NCBI GenBank assembly: GCA_964342845.1
Contig: CAYFGV010000005.1
Coordinates: forward strand, 1-40,429
Direction of reading: 5' to 3'
Length of the DNA stretch: 40,429 nt
Origin: Candidatus Woesearchaeota archaeon
GTDB lineage: Archaea > Nanobdellota > Nanobdellia > SCGC-AAA011-G17 > CAYFGV01
Positions 27,363 to 36,571 of this stretch are shown in pieces (the stretch's first letter is position 1; each line of letters opens with the position of its first letter). The notes beneath the pieces were generated by a model. It did no database searches and was not told the origin of the DNA. It saw nothing but the letters and a program-made list of their open reading frames with translations. Both the position numbers and the translations under genes were made by a program.

Positions 27363-29288
27363 ATGGAAAGAGAGGTTTATAAAAAATATTGGTGGGCTTT
27401 TGCTTTTTTGGGTTTTGTTTCTATATTTTTAATTAGTTTTTTATTTAGTGTTGATGTGGTTAGACTTGCACCAGAAGGAGATGAATATATAGCAAATCAT
27501 GGTGGTCCTTATTATGGAAATGTTGATTGGGTGGTGGAATTAGATGCTTCTGGTTCTAGTCCTTTAGAGGATATTGTTAGTTTTACATGGCAATATACTG
27601 AAGATGGTGATATTTGGGTAGATATTACTGGTTGTGTTGAGATTGCTGATCCTATTTGTAGTTTTGATACAGCAGGGGTGAGTTATGATATTCAAATTAA
27701 GTTAACTCTTAAGTTTATTGGTGGGTCAGAGATGTATACTTATACAATACTTTATGATTATTGTGATGTAGGTTTAGATGAAAGTTTTACTTTACCAAAT
27801 AATTTAGATTGTACTGGTAAATCTTTTAGTTTAAGTGGTGATTCTCTTGTTTTTGATTGTGGAGATTATAGTGTTACTGGTGATGTTTCTGTTGAAGGTG
27901 ATTCTGATGAGGTTAGTGGTTGTGATGTTACTGGTGATGTTTTTGTTAGTGGTGGTTCTTGTTTGTTAGAGGATTCTTCTTTTAATTCTTTAACTTTTGA
28001 AGATGCAGATGAGTGTGTTGCTGAGGATGTGGATGTGACTGGTGATGTAACTTTGGATGGAACTTTAGAAGATTATTCTGTTGATTTAATTAGTAGTTCT
28101 TTCTTAGATGCTGTTGTTAATTTTGGTTTTTTGAATGTAAAGTATTATGTTGATGTTAGTGCTTTAGATCTTGAAGGTAATTATTTGGAAGGTGTGTCTG
28201 TTGAAATTGAAGATCAGGATGGAGTTTTAGTTGTTGATGCTGAGACTGATGAGAATGGAGAACTTTTAGATAGTTTGGTTAGTTATACTTTGTCTAAAGA
28301 TGAACAGGTTGATTATACTTATGTTATTACTGCTGTTTATGGGGATGAGAGTTATAGTGAGGAATTTAGTATTTCTGAGGATACTCCTATAGAATTAACT
28401 TTTGAGGTTGACGTTGAATGTTTATCTGATACTGATTGTGTTAGTGGTTCTTGTAGTGGGGGTGTTTGTGTTGAATGTTTAGAAGATGATGATTGTGCTT
28501 CTGGTTCTTGTAGTGGTGGAGTTTGTGTAGTAGAGGATGAGTGTGAATTAGACAGTGATTGTGTTAGTGGTTATTGTTATTCTGGTGAATGTGTTGAATG
28601 TGTGAATAGTTCTGGTTGTGCTGCAGGTTATAGTTGTAGTAATAATGCTTGTATTTATGGTTGTGTGAGTAATGAGGATTGTACTAGTGGTTATTGTGTT
28701 AATGAAGAGTGTGTAGAGTGTTTGTATGGTACTGATTGTTCTTCTGGAGTTTGTTCAGATGAGTTTGAGTGTGTTGAATGTGAGTTAGATGGTGATTGTG
28801 ATAGTGGTGTTTGTGTTGATAATTCTTGTGAAGATTGTAGAGTTGGGTTGGATTGCGGGACAGGTTATGATTGTACAAATGGAGAGTGTGTTGTTTCTTA
28901 TTCTAGTTGTGTTAGTGATGATGATTGTTCTTCTGGAGAGAGTTGTGTTAGTGGTGTTTGTGAAGAGACTTCTGAAGTAAGTGATGTTGGAGTTGATTTC
29001 AGTTTTGGTATTTGGTTTATTTTAATCCCTTTATTTATTGCTTTAATTATTTTAGCTGTTTTGTATTTTTTGAATATTAGAAAGAGACAAGTTATGGGTT
29101 TAGAAAAGGAAGAAGAATTTGAAACAAATGTAAAACCTGTTACTGAGTTTAAAGAGCCTTCTAATCCTGTTTTAGTTGATTTTGTTAAGAGGGCTAGGGA
29201 AAAAGGCTATGATGAGAAGAAGATAAAAAGTATGCTGATTGATAATGGGTGGGGGGATGAAGAGGTTAGTAGGGTTTTGACAAAATGA
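27363..29288 (+). CDS. acidic Cys-rich membrane-anchored surface protein
   Basis: N-terminal hydrophobic segment, PKD-like region (LDASGS...FTW), beta-rich region, tandem Cys repeats, C-terminal TM and small cytoplasmic domain. Confidence 0.85.
   Translation: MEREVYKKYWWAFAFLGFVSIFLISFLFSVDVVRLAPEGDEYIANHGGPYYGNVDWVVELDASGSSPLEDIVSFTWQYTEDGDIWVDITGCVEIADPICSFDTAGVSYDIQIKLTLKFIGGSEMYTYTILYDYCDVGLDESFTLPNNLDCTGKSFSLSGDSLVFDCGDYSVTGDVSVEGDSDEVSGCDVTGDVFVSGGSCLLEDSSFNSLTFEDADECVAEDVDVTGDVTLDGTLEDYSVDLISSSFLDAVVNFGFLNVKYYVDVSALDLEGNYLEGVSVEIEDQDGVLVVDAETDENGELLDSLVSYTLSKDEQVDYTYVITAVYGDESYSEEFSISEDTPIELTFEVDVECLSDTDCVSGSCSGGVCVECLEDDDCASGSCSGGVCVVEDECELDSDCVSGYCYSGECVECVNSSGCAAGYSCSNNACIYGCVSNEDCTSGYCVNEECVECLYGTDCSSGVCSDEFECVECELDGDCDSGVCVDNSCEDCRVGLDCGTGYDCTNGECVVSYSSCVSDDDCSSGESCVSGVCEETSEVSDVGVDFSFGIWFILIPLFIALIILAVLYFLNIRKRQVMGLEKEEEFETNVKPVTEFKEPSNPVLVDFVKRAREKGYDEKKIKSMLIDNGWGDEEVSRVLTK
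28410..28965 (+). repeat. tandem Cys-rich protein repeats (~19-21 aa)
   Basis: About nine units of EC-xx-D-x-DC-x-SG-x-C-xxx-x-CV. Confidence 0.85.
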
Positions 29289-29322
29289 TAATCTTTATAA
29301 ATGAACTAATTTCTTAGATTTT

Positions 29323-29634
29323 ATGCAAAAAGCAAGAATTAAAGTGGCGTGTGCGGACATAGATAGACTTAATCAGATATGTGAGTCTATTAAACAGATT
29401 TCTGAAAAGACAGGTGTTGCTATGAAAGGACCTGTACCCTTACCTACTAAGAAGATGAAGTTAACTACTAGAAAGAGTCCTTGTGGAGATGGGAAGGCTT
29501 CTTGGGAAAGATATGAAATGAGAATTCATAAAAGGTTGATTGATTTGGGTGTAGATGAGAGGGCTTTAAGATTGGTTATGAGAGTTCCTATTCCTGAAGG
29601 TGTGGATGTTCAGATTGCTTTACAAGAAGAATAA
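29323..29634 (+). CDS. rpsJ: 30S ribosomal protein uS10
   Basis: GPVPLPTK, RKSPCGDG, WERYEMRIHKRLID (archaeal type). Confidence 0.98.
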   Translation: MQKARIKVACADIDRLNQICESIKQISEKTGVAMKGPVPLPTKKMKLTTRKSPCGDGKASWERYEMRIHKRLIDLGVDERALRLVMRVPIPEGVDVQIALQEE

Positions 29635-29969
29635 TGAGAAAATTAATTATTCCTTTGTTTTTTTATGCTGCAAGTTGTAGTGCTTCTATAGAGAAAAGAA
29701 AAGTTCTTGAAGAACTTATTATGGGATATCCAGTTTCTGTGTTAGTTGGTTCTTTAGAAAATGTAGAAAATTCTGTAGAGCTTGAAGCTAGACCTATTTT
29801 AAAAGAAGTTATGGATGAAATGGGGATGACTGAGAAACTTAAACTCCCATATGCGCGTTTTTATTTTATGTTTTATGATGCTCTGGATACTTCTGATGAC
29901 GGAAAAATTAGTAAAAAAGAGGTAGAAGCGTTTATAGATACTTATGAGAAAGTAAAAGGAAAAGATTAA
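29634..29969 (+). CDS. secreted or lipoprotein-like protein with an EF-hand loop
   Basis: N-terminus ...YAASC; 12-residue loop DTSDDGKISKKE between helices. Confidence 0.6.
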   Translation: MRKLIIPLFFYAASCSASIEKRKVLEELIMGYPVSVLVGSLENVENSVELEARPILKEVMDEMGMTEKLKLPYARFYFMFYDALDTSDDGKISKKEVEAFIDTYEKVKGKD

Positions 29970-30009
29970 ATATGCTTTTGATTTATTGTACTTAAAGGGG
30001 GTGTTTAGA

Positions 30010-30366
30010 ATGGTTGATAGAGAATTTGAAAAACAAATTGAGAAGGAGGCTAAAATTGCAGGAGTCACTATTGAGGATACATTTTCTCATGAGAGATATT
30101 TAACGGAAGTATTGCCTAATGCGGAAAAAAGGTTGTCGGATAGATTAGAAAGTGTAAAGTCTGAAGCTGAAAGGAGAAAGGTAGGTAGCATTGCTTCAGG
30201 AAAAGTCTTTGGAATACATTTGAAACGTGCAGATTTGGAGATGGCTGCAGTAAAGAGTGCTTTAGGTAGATATAAAGATTCTTTAGATGTTCAAGGATAT
30301 TCTGATAGGATGAATCTTACTTATAGTGAGATTGAGGATCTTGCTAAACCTTTTTTAAAAGATTAA
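30010..30366 (+). CDS. hypothetical protein
   Basis: Helical ORF; ATG 30010 follows SD-like GGGGGTG. Confidence 0.6.
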   Translation: MVDREFEKQIEKEAKIAGVTIEDTFSHERYLTEVLPNAEKRLSDRLESVKSEAERRKVGSIASGKVFGIHLKRADLEMAAVKSALGRYKDSLDVQGYSDRMNLTYSEIEDLAKPFLKD

Positions 30367-30429
30367 TTTTTTCTTTTTTTCTTTAAAAGATTAAGTATTT
30401 AAATCTAGTTTTTTATTAAAATTCTAATA

Positions 30430-32514
30430 ATGTGTGGAATAATTGGTGTTTTAGGAAAAGAGAATTCGTGTGAGTTAGTTAAGACTGGATTAGGTGTTTT
30501 GAAGAATAGAGGTAAGGATGGTTTTGGGCTTTATTGTGATGGAAAGTTAATTTATTCTAAGAGTTTAGAAGGTTTGAAAGATTTAAAAGGTGAAAATTGC
30601 TTAGGACATTGTTTGCATGCTGTTGTTGGAGATGTTAAGCAACCTTTTGAAGGTTTTGTGGCAAATTGTGAGATTTATAATTGGAAAGAGTTAAATGAAA
30701 AGTTTGGGTTAAAAGCTAAGAATGACGCTGAAGTTTTGTTTAAATTATTAAATAAGTTTTCTATTAAAAAGGTTCTAGAATTACTAGATGGAGTTTATGC
30801 TTTTGGATATTTTAAAGGGTGTAGACTGTATTTAGCTAGGGATATTTTAGGGGTTAAACCTATTTGGTATTGTAAGGAAGGATTTGCTTCTGAGAAAAAG
30901 GCTTTAGAGAAGTTAGGTTTTAAAGATATTAAAGAGTTAAATCCAAGAGAGATATTAGTTTATGATAGGAAAATTAAATTTATTAAAAGAAAGTTTTTTG
31001 AGTTAAAGGATAGTGGTAAAAGTTTAGAAGTTTTAAAGAAAGGTGTTGAGGAGAGATTAGAAAAATCTATTGAGAAAAGAATTCCTAATCAGAAGTTTGG
31101 TTTATTATTTTCTGGGGGGATAGATTCTACTTTATTGGCTTATTATTTTAAAAAATTTAAGAAAGATTTTGTTTGTTATACTGCTGGGTTTGAAGATAAG
31201 GGTAAAGAAGCAGAGGATTTAGAATATGCTAAGAAGGTTGCAAAAGATTTAGGTTTGAAATTGAAGGTTAAAATCTTGAAGTTAGAAGATGTTGAGAAAT
31301 ATTTAGAGAAAGTTGTTCCTTTGATTGAAGATAATAATGTTGTAAAGGTCGGAGTTGGATTAACTTTTTTTGTTGCTTGTGAAATGGCTAAGAAGGATGG
31401 TGTTAAGGTGATATTTTCTGGGTTGGGTTCTGAGGAAGTATTTGCTGGGTATGAGAGGCATAAAAATTCTTATGATATTAATAAAGAGTGTTTGGCTGGT
31501 TTAAGGAAGATGTATGAGAGAGATTTGTATAGGGATGATGTGGTTACAATGTATAATGGATTGGAACTTAGGGTTCCTTTTTTGGATTTGGAGCTTGTTA
31601 AGTATTGTTTGAAGATTCCTGGCAAATTTAAGATTGGTGAGCATGATAAGGAGATTATACGTAAGGTTGGATTGGACATGGGTGTGAAGGAGGAGTTTGT
31701 TTTTCGTAAGAAGAAAGCTGCTCAATACGGAAGTAAGTTTCATAAGGCTTTAAGTAAGTTAGCTAAGAAGAATGGTTTTAAATTAATAAGTGAGTATTTG
31801 AAAGGATTTTATTTTAAGGAGAATCTGAAGTTAGGCGTGTTGTTTTCAAGTGGGAAGGATAGTGCTTATGCTGCTTATGTGATGAAGAAGCAGAATTATG
31901 AGATTAGTTGTTTGATGACTGTTAAGAGTAAAAATTTAGATTCTTTTATGTTTCATACACCTAATGTTTCTTTGGTTGGTTTGCAAAGTAAAGCTATGGG
32001 TGTTCCTTTGATTGATGTTTTTAGTAAGGGTAAGAAAGAAGAAGAGTTAAAAGATTTGGAGAGGTTAATTTTGAAAGGTGTTAAGGAGTTTAAGATTGAT
32101 GGTGTTGTTGTGGGGGCTTTATTTTCTTCTTATCAGAGAGACAGGGTTGAGAAGATATGTGATAAGTTAGGTTTGAAAATGTTTTGTCCTTTGTGGCATA
32201 AAGATCAAGAAGAGTTAATGAAGGAGTTGGTTAAGGAAGGTTTTGAAGTTGTGATTTCTTCAGTAGCTGGAGATGGTTTTGATGAAAGTTGGTTAGGGCG
32301 TAAGTTGGATGATGAGATGATTAAGGATTTAGTTGGGATGAATAAGAAGTTAGGGGTGAATATTGGTTTTGAAGGGGGGGAGGCGGAATCTCTTGTGCTA
32401 GATTGTCCTTTGTTTAAAAAAAAGATTAAGATTATTGAATTTGTAAAGAAGATGGATTCTAGGTTTTCTGGAAGGCTGATTGTTGATAAGGCTGAGTTAA
32501 TTAGTAAATCTTAA
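30430..32514 (+). CDS. asparagine synthetase B-like protein fused to diphthine--ammonia ligase (Dph6)
   Basis: MCGI, NRG, NCEIYN, ARD, LFSGGIDS, LRVPFLD, then LFSSGKDS, SFMFH, SSYQRDR, PLW, FEGGEAESLVLDCPLF. Confidence 0.93.
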   Translation: MCGIIGVLGKENSCELVKTGLGVLKNRGKDGFGLYCDGKLIYSKSLEGLKDLKGENCLGHCLHAVVGDVKQPFEGFVANCEIYNWKELNEKFGLKAKNDAEVLFKLLNKFSIKKVLELLDGVYAFGYFKGCRLYLARDILGVKPIWYCKEGFASEKKALEKLGFKDIKELNPREILVYDRKIKFIKRKFFELKDSGKSLEVLKKGVEERLEKSIEKRIPNQKFGLLFSGGIDSTLLAYYFKKFKKDFVCYTAGFEDKGKEAEDLEYAKKVAKDLGLKLKVKILKLEDVEKYLEKVVPLIEDNNVVKVGVGLTFFVACEMAKKDGVKVIFSGLGSEEVFAGYERHKNSYDINKECLAGLRKMYERDLYRDDVVTMYNGLELRVPFLDLELVKYCLKIPGKFKIGEHDKEIIRKVGLDMGVKEEFVFRKKKAAQYGSKFHKALSKLAKKNGFKLISEYLKGFYFKENLKLGVLFSSGKDSAYAAYVMKKQNYEISCLMTVKSKNLDSFMFHTPNVSLVGLQSKAMGVPLIDVFSKGKKEEELKDLERLILKGVKEFKIDGVVVGALFSSYQRDRVEKICDKLGLKMFCPLWHKDQEELMKELVKEGFEVVISSVAGDGFDESWLGRKLDDEMIKDLVGMNKKLGVNIGFEGGEAESLVLDCPLFKKKIKIIEFVKKMDSRFSGRLIVDKAELISKS

Positions 32515-32527
32515 AAAGGTTGAATAC

Positions 32528-32959
32528 TTGTCTTATTTTATGTTAGAAGACGAAAATATATCAGATTTGATGGTAGCTAATCATGTTAGGTTGGAAAAAC
32601 TTGTTGATGAGTTTGAAGAAGCTGGTTTTGAAGCTAAAAAAGAGTTATTTGAGAATTTAAAGTGGGAATTTGAAAAGCATTTTTTTATTGAAGAGAAAGC
32701 TGTATTTACTTTTTGTAAGGCAGAAGGCGATGAAGCTATTGTACATGATCTTATTAATGAGCATGGTCTTCTTTTGAATTTTTTAAGTGCGATAGAGGAT
32801 GATTTAGGGGATAGTAAGGATGTTGATATTTCTGAGTTTCGAGAATTGCATTCTAAACATATGGAGATAGAGGATCAGGTTTTGTATCCTAAGTTAGATG
32901 AAACTTTAACTTCTTCTGAGAAGGAATTGGTTAAAGAGAGAGTTGCTAGAAACATTTAA
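32528..32959 (+). CDS. hemerythrin/HHE domain protein
   Basis: H...HFFIEE...EH...HMEIED..LYP pattern; start may be ATG near 32540. Confidence 0.88.
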   Translation: MSYFMLEDENISDLMVANHVRLEKLVDEFEEAGFEAKKELFENLKWEFEKHFFIEEKAVFTFCKAEGDEAIVHDLINEHGLLLNFLSAIEDDLGDSKDVDISEFRELHSKHMEIEDQVLYPKLDETLTSSEKELVKERVARNI

Positions 32960-32984
32960 AAAGTTTAATGTTTGTCTTTTTTTT

Positions 32985-33644
32985 ATGGTAATTGTTTGTG
33001 GGATTGATGAGGCCGGGAGAGGGCCTGTACTTGGTTCGTTAGTTATAGCTGGAGTGACTTTAGATGAAAAGGATTTAGATAAATTGGAAACTTTAGGTGT
33101 TAAAGATTCTAAGTTGTTGACTAAAGAGAAAAGAGAGGAATTGTTTGAGAAGATTAAGGAGCTGGTGTTGGAGTATAAGATTATTAAAGTTAGTCCTTCT
33201 GAGATAGATCATGTTTTGGAGAAGACTAGTTCTAATTTAAATTGGTTAGAGGCTGATAAGTCTATCGAGATTATTGATTCTTTTAAAGAGGTTGATAAAG
33301 CTATCATAGATTGTCCTAGTTCAAATTGTGAGAAATATGAGAATTATGTTAAAAAGAGTTTGAATAATGATGTTGAGTTGGTTGTTGAGCACAAGGCAGA
33401 TTTTAATTATTTGATTGTCGCAGCTGCTTCTATTTTAGCTAAGGTTGTTAGAGATAGAGAGATGGAAGAGATTAAGAAGAAGTATGGAGATTGTGGTCCT
33501 GGTTATCCTAGTAATTCAATTACGATGAAATTTGTTAGAGAAAATATTGATAAGTATCCTGAGATTTTTAGGAGGAGTTGGGCTACTTTTAAAAGAGAGA
33601 AAGGTGTTAAGAAGCAGAAGAGTTTAGGGGATTATGGATCATGA
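32985..33644 (+). CDS. rnhB: ribonuclease HII
   Basis: GIDEAGRGPV, DSK, HKAD, AAASILAKV, and C-terminal PIP-like QKSLGDY. Confidence 0.97.
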   Translation: MVIVCGIDEAGRGPVLGSLVIAGVTLDEKDLDKLETLGVKDSKLLTKEKREELFEKIKELVLEYKIIKVSPSEIDHVLEKTSSNLNWLEADKSIEIIDSFKEVDKAIIDCPSSNCEKYENYVKKSLNNDVELVVEHKADFNYLIVAAASILAKVVRDREMEEIKKKYGDCGPGYPSNSITMKFVRENIDKYPEIFRRSWATFKREKGVKKQKSLGDYGS

Positions 33645-34006
33645 TGATTCATTTATTCTCTATGTCTTAAACGAATAGTCGGTGGAAATCAATAGCTTTA
33701 AATATATGTTCTGTTTCTCCTAATGAGTGAATATTATGGAAGGATTAGAAAGAATACTTAAAATATTAACGCCTATCGGTATACTTACGGAGACATTCCG
33801 CCTGGGCAAAATCGAATACGTAGAGAGTTCTGAATGGTTACAAGCTAATTCAGCAGAGACTATTGCTAAGTACGGAGAAGCCACAGGTGAATTTATTACT
33901 CAAACTGCAAGTTATGGTTTGTTTGCCGTACATGCTGTAATTGGAATATCTTCTGCGATATGGTTATATAAATACTTTGACAATAAGGATAAATCTTCAT
34001 GATGAT
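33639..34006. mobile_element. 358-bp one-gene cassette flanked by 10-bp direct repeat TCATGATGAT (33639-33648 and 33997-34006)
   Basis: Exact repeats, visibly different composition, and in-silico removal restores a nearby stop for the opposing methyltransferase. Confidence 0.6.
33727..34002 (+). CDS. small membrane protein
   Basis: 91 aa with hydrophobic helices; TTTAAATA near 33697-33704. Confidence 0.65.
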   Translation: MNIMEGLERILKILTPIGILTETFRLGKIEYVESSEWLQANSAETIAKYGEATGEFITQTASYGLFAVHAVIGISSAIWLYKYFDNKDKSS

Positions 34007-34547
34007 CTTTTATAGAAATCATTAATCCATTATCTATATCTAGTTGAAAGCTTTTGTAGTGTTTTTTTGTGTATGTTATGTAGTCTTTTAGTTTATCTTT
34101 ATGTGAGGTTGTGTTGTCTGCAACTATTATTGCTTCTTTATTTAAGAAAGGTTCTAATGTTTTTAAATAGTTTAAGTAGTTTCTTTTATCTGCGTCTATG
34201 AAGAGGAAGTCTATTTTTTTGTTCCAGGTTTTTAATATTTCTTTTATTTCTCCTTCTAGAAGAGTTATATTTTTGAATTTTTTTAAGAATTTTTTTGCTA
34301 TTTGTATTTTTCTTGGGTCTCTTTCTATTGTGTATATTTCTGAGTTTTTTGTGTGTAACCATAAGGTTGAATAACCTGAGCCTGTTCCTAGTTCTAGGAT
34401 TGTTTTTGGTTTTTTTAAATTTATTAGAAGGGAGAGTATTTTTCCTGAAGTTTCTGGGATTTGCCAGAGGAGTAGTTCATCTTTGTTTATTTTTTTACCT
34501 TTTTTGAATTGTTCTGTTTTGTCTAAGGATTTTAGGAGAGATTTCAT
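33912..34547 (-). CDS. O-methyltransferase (caffeoyl-CoA OMT/TrmR-like)
   Basis: ILELGTGSGYSTLW, DFLFIDADK, IVADN. The last ~28 aa are read through the antisense of the cassette. Confidence 0.88.
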   Translation of the reverse strand: MKSLLKSLDKTEQFKKGKKINKDELLLWQIPETSGKILSLLINLKKPKTILELGTGSGYSTLWLHTKNSEIYTIERDPRKIQIAKKFLKKFKNITLLEGEIKEILKTWNKKIDFLFIDADKRNYLNYLKTLEPFLNKEAIIVADNTTSHKDKLKDYITYTKKHYKSFQLDIDNGLMISIKDHHEDLSLLSKYLYNHIAEDIPITACTANKP

Positions 34548-34644
34548 GAGATTAGTTAAATATTTATGGTATTAAAGTTTTTGTATTATTAAGGAAATTT
34601 AGTTAAAAATAGTAATTTTAAAGAATATAGTTTTCACTAAGCTT

Positions 34645-34697
34645 GTAAAACCCCTGGAAAAGACCGAAGCCTTCTCCTGGGGAAAAAAGAGGTGATA
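34645..34697 (-). ncRNA. candidate small RNA with a cUUCGg hairpin
   Basis: Minus strand ATCACCTCTTTTTT-CCCCAGGAGAAGGC-TTCG-GTCTTTTCCAGGGG-TTTT, starting about 21 nt downstream of TTTATAAA (34718-34725). Confidence 0.5.
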
Positions 34698-34803
34698 TAG
34701 AGTGGAATGCAAGGTCATTTATAAAGGTTTCGATATCTAACTACTTTAGAATGGTTACTCTACTAAAGATAGGTTTATAAAGCTTTTAAATAGGAATAAG
34801 ATT

Positions 34804-35508
34804 ATGCAAGATCAAATCTTAGATATGCTTTTAAAAAAGGATGAAATAAGTTGGCAATCTATTTTATATGAGTTAATTAAGACTGAGCAGATGAATCCTT
34901 GGGATATAGATGTTTCTATTTTGTCTCAAAAGTATATGAATATTGTAAAACAGCTTCAAGAGACAAACTTTTCTGTTTCTGGGAAAGTTATATTGGCTGC
35001 TGCTATTTTGTTGAAAATTAAGTCTGATAAGTTGTTAACAGAGGATATTTCTAGGTTAGATTTACAATTATTTCCTCAAGAAGAAATGGAAGAATTAGGA
35101 GAATTTGAACCAATTAAACAAGTGCGAAAACCAAGATTAACAATTAAAACACCTCAAACAAGAAAAAAGAAGGTTTCTGTCCAGGATTTGGTTAATGCTT
35201 TAGAAAGGGCTTTAGAAGTTGAAAAGAGAAGAAAAATAAGAAGAGAGACTACATTAGTTCATCCTGAAGTTTTAATTCCTGAGAAAAAGGTAGATATATC
35301 TCAGAAAATTAAAGAAATTTATGTTAAAATAAGTGGTTTTTTTAAAGTTAAAAAAGAGAAATTAACTTTTACAACGTTGGTTAATAGTGATAAAAAGGAG
35401 GATAAGTTGATGATTTTTGTTCCTTTGTTACATTTAGAGAACCAACAGAAGATAAATATGTTTCAAGAGAGACCATTTGAAGAAATTGAGATAGAATTAG
35501 AGAAATAA
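34804..35508 (+). CDS. scpA: segregation and condensation protein A
   Basis: MNPWDIDV, SGKVILAAAILLKIKS, FVPLLHL, QERPFEEI. Confidence 0.92.
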   Translation: MQDQILDMLLKKDEISWQSILYELIKTEQMNPWDIDVSILSQKYMNIVKQLQETNFSVSGKVILAAAILLKIKSDKLLTEDISRLDLQLFPQEEMEELGEFEPIKQVRKPRLTIKTPQTRKKKVSVQDLVNALERALEVEKRRKIRRETTLVHPEVLIPEKKVDISQKIKEIYVKISGFFKVKKEKLTFTTLVNSDKKEDKLMIFVPLLHLENQQKINMFQERPFEEIEIELEK

Positions 35509-35542
35509 AGGCTTTTATAAGTGTTTGATATTTCTTATTTTT

Positions 35543-35815
35543 ATGGAAAAAACTGAAGAATATTTTGAAATAAAGGAGTATTTAGAAGATAGACTTAATG
35601 GATTGGGTTCTGAAGGGTATTATATAAGAGAGAGTAGTTTTTTTGTTGAAAGTACAGGGTATGAAGAGAGGAGAATAGAGGTTTTAAAAGAAAGTAAAAA
35701 ACCTAAATTTTCTATCTTATGTAGAAAGCCTTTGTTTATTGGTTACGTTTTATTTAAAAAAAATAAAAGTATTGAATTTTATTTTGAACAGGAATTTCAG
35801 AAGTTAGTTTTTTAA
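35543..35815 (+). CDS. hypothetical protein
   Basis: ATG 35543 lies 22 nt after TTTTATAA. Confidence 0.5.
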   Translation: MEKTEEYFEIKEYLEDRLNGLGSEGYYIRESSFFVESTGYEERRIEVLKESKKPKFSILCRKPLFIGYVLFKKNKSIEFYFEQEFQKLVF

Positions 35816-36537
35816 TCCTTAAAATTAGCTTTAATAAAGTTAACCATCATTTCATTGTTAGCTAGAGCATATGACCTTTCTGCAGCACTAAATAATCCGT
35901 CTTTTAATAATGCATCTCCTAATTTGTTTAACATATCTGGTTCTTTTAAAGTTTCAAAAGCTTGTGAAGCATAGGCATATTTTCTTTTTTCTAAACATAA
36001 TAATCCTAGTTCTTTTAATTTTTTTTTGTTATCTAAAGCTCTGTATACTTCAACTGCAAAATCGTATTTCTCTCTTTGTAAACAGAAATCTCCTACTTGG
36101 TTTAATTTATTTTTATTTTCTAATAATTTAAAGGCTTTTATGGCTTCTGGAAGTCTTCCTTCTGTTAAAGACTCTTCTCCTATTTGGTTTAGGTTTTTAG
36201 TGTCTTTTGCTAAGTTAAATGTGTTTATTGCTTCTTTGTATTTTCCTAATTTTTGATAATCTTTTCCTACTTCTGAAAGTTTTTGGTTGTTTCTAGCTAG
36301 CAAAAATGATTTGACTGCATTATCTAAATTGCCTTTTCTTAGATATTGTTCTCCTAATTCATTTAGTAAAGAGATTCTTAGATCTTCATTAAACATAGAG
36401 AAGTCAATATTATCTATTCCTTTTTCAACTAGAGTCGGAATTAGTTTTTTGAATCCTCCTTCAGAAATGTTTTCATTAAAACCATCTTTGATTAAATCTG
36501 GTACTAATCCTTTTAGTTTTTCAATTTGCTCATCCAT
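35812..36537 (-). CDS. TPR-like helical repeat protein
   Basis: ~29-aa repeats of LxxxGxxxLxxGxxxxAxxxF. Confidence 0.8.
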   Translation of the reverse strand: MDEQIEKLKGLVPDLIKDGFNENISEGGFKKLIPTLVEKGIDNIDFSMFNEDLRISLLNELGEQYLRKGNLDNAVKSFLLARNNQKLSEVGKDYQKLGKYKEAINTFNLAKDTKNLNQIGEESLTEGRLPEAIKAFKLLENKNKLNQVGDFCLQREKYDFAVEVYRALDNKKKLKELGLLCLEKRKYAYASQAFETLKEPDMLNKLGDALLKDGLFSAAERSYALANNEMMVNFIKANFKD

Positions 36538-36571
36538 CTATTTTGGTATCTGGGTTGGTTTAAATAGATTA

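Noticed and set aside
28410..28965. CRISPR array or non-coding tandem repeat
   Set aside because: The repeats are degenerate, in frame and encode Cys-rich units; no identical repeat-spacer pattern or cas gene occurs in the window.
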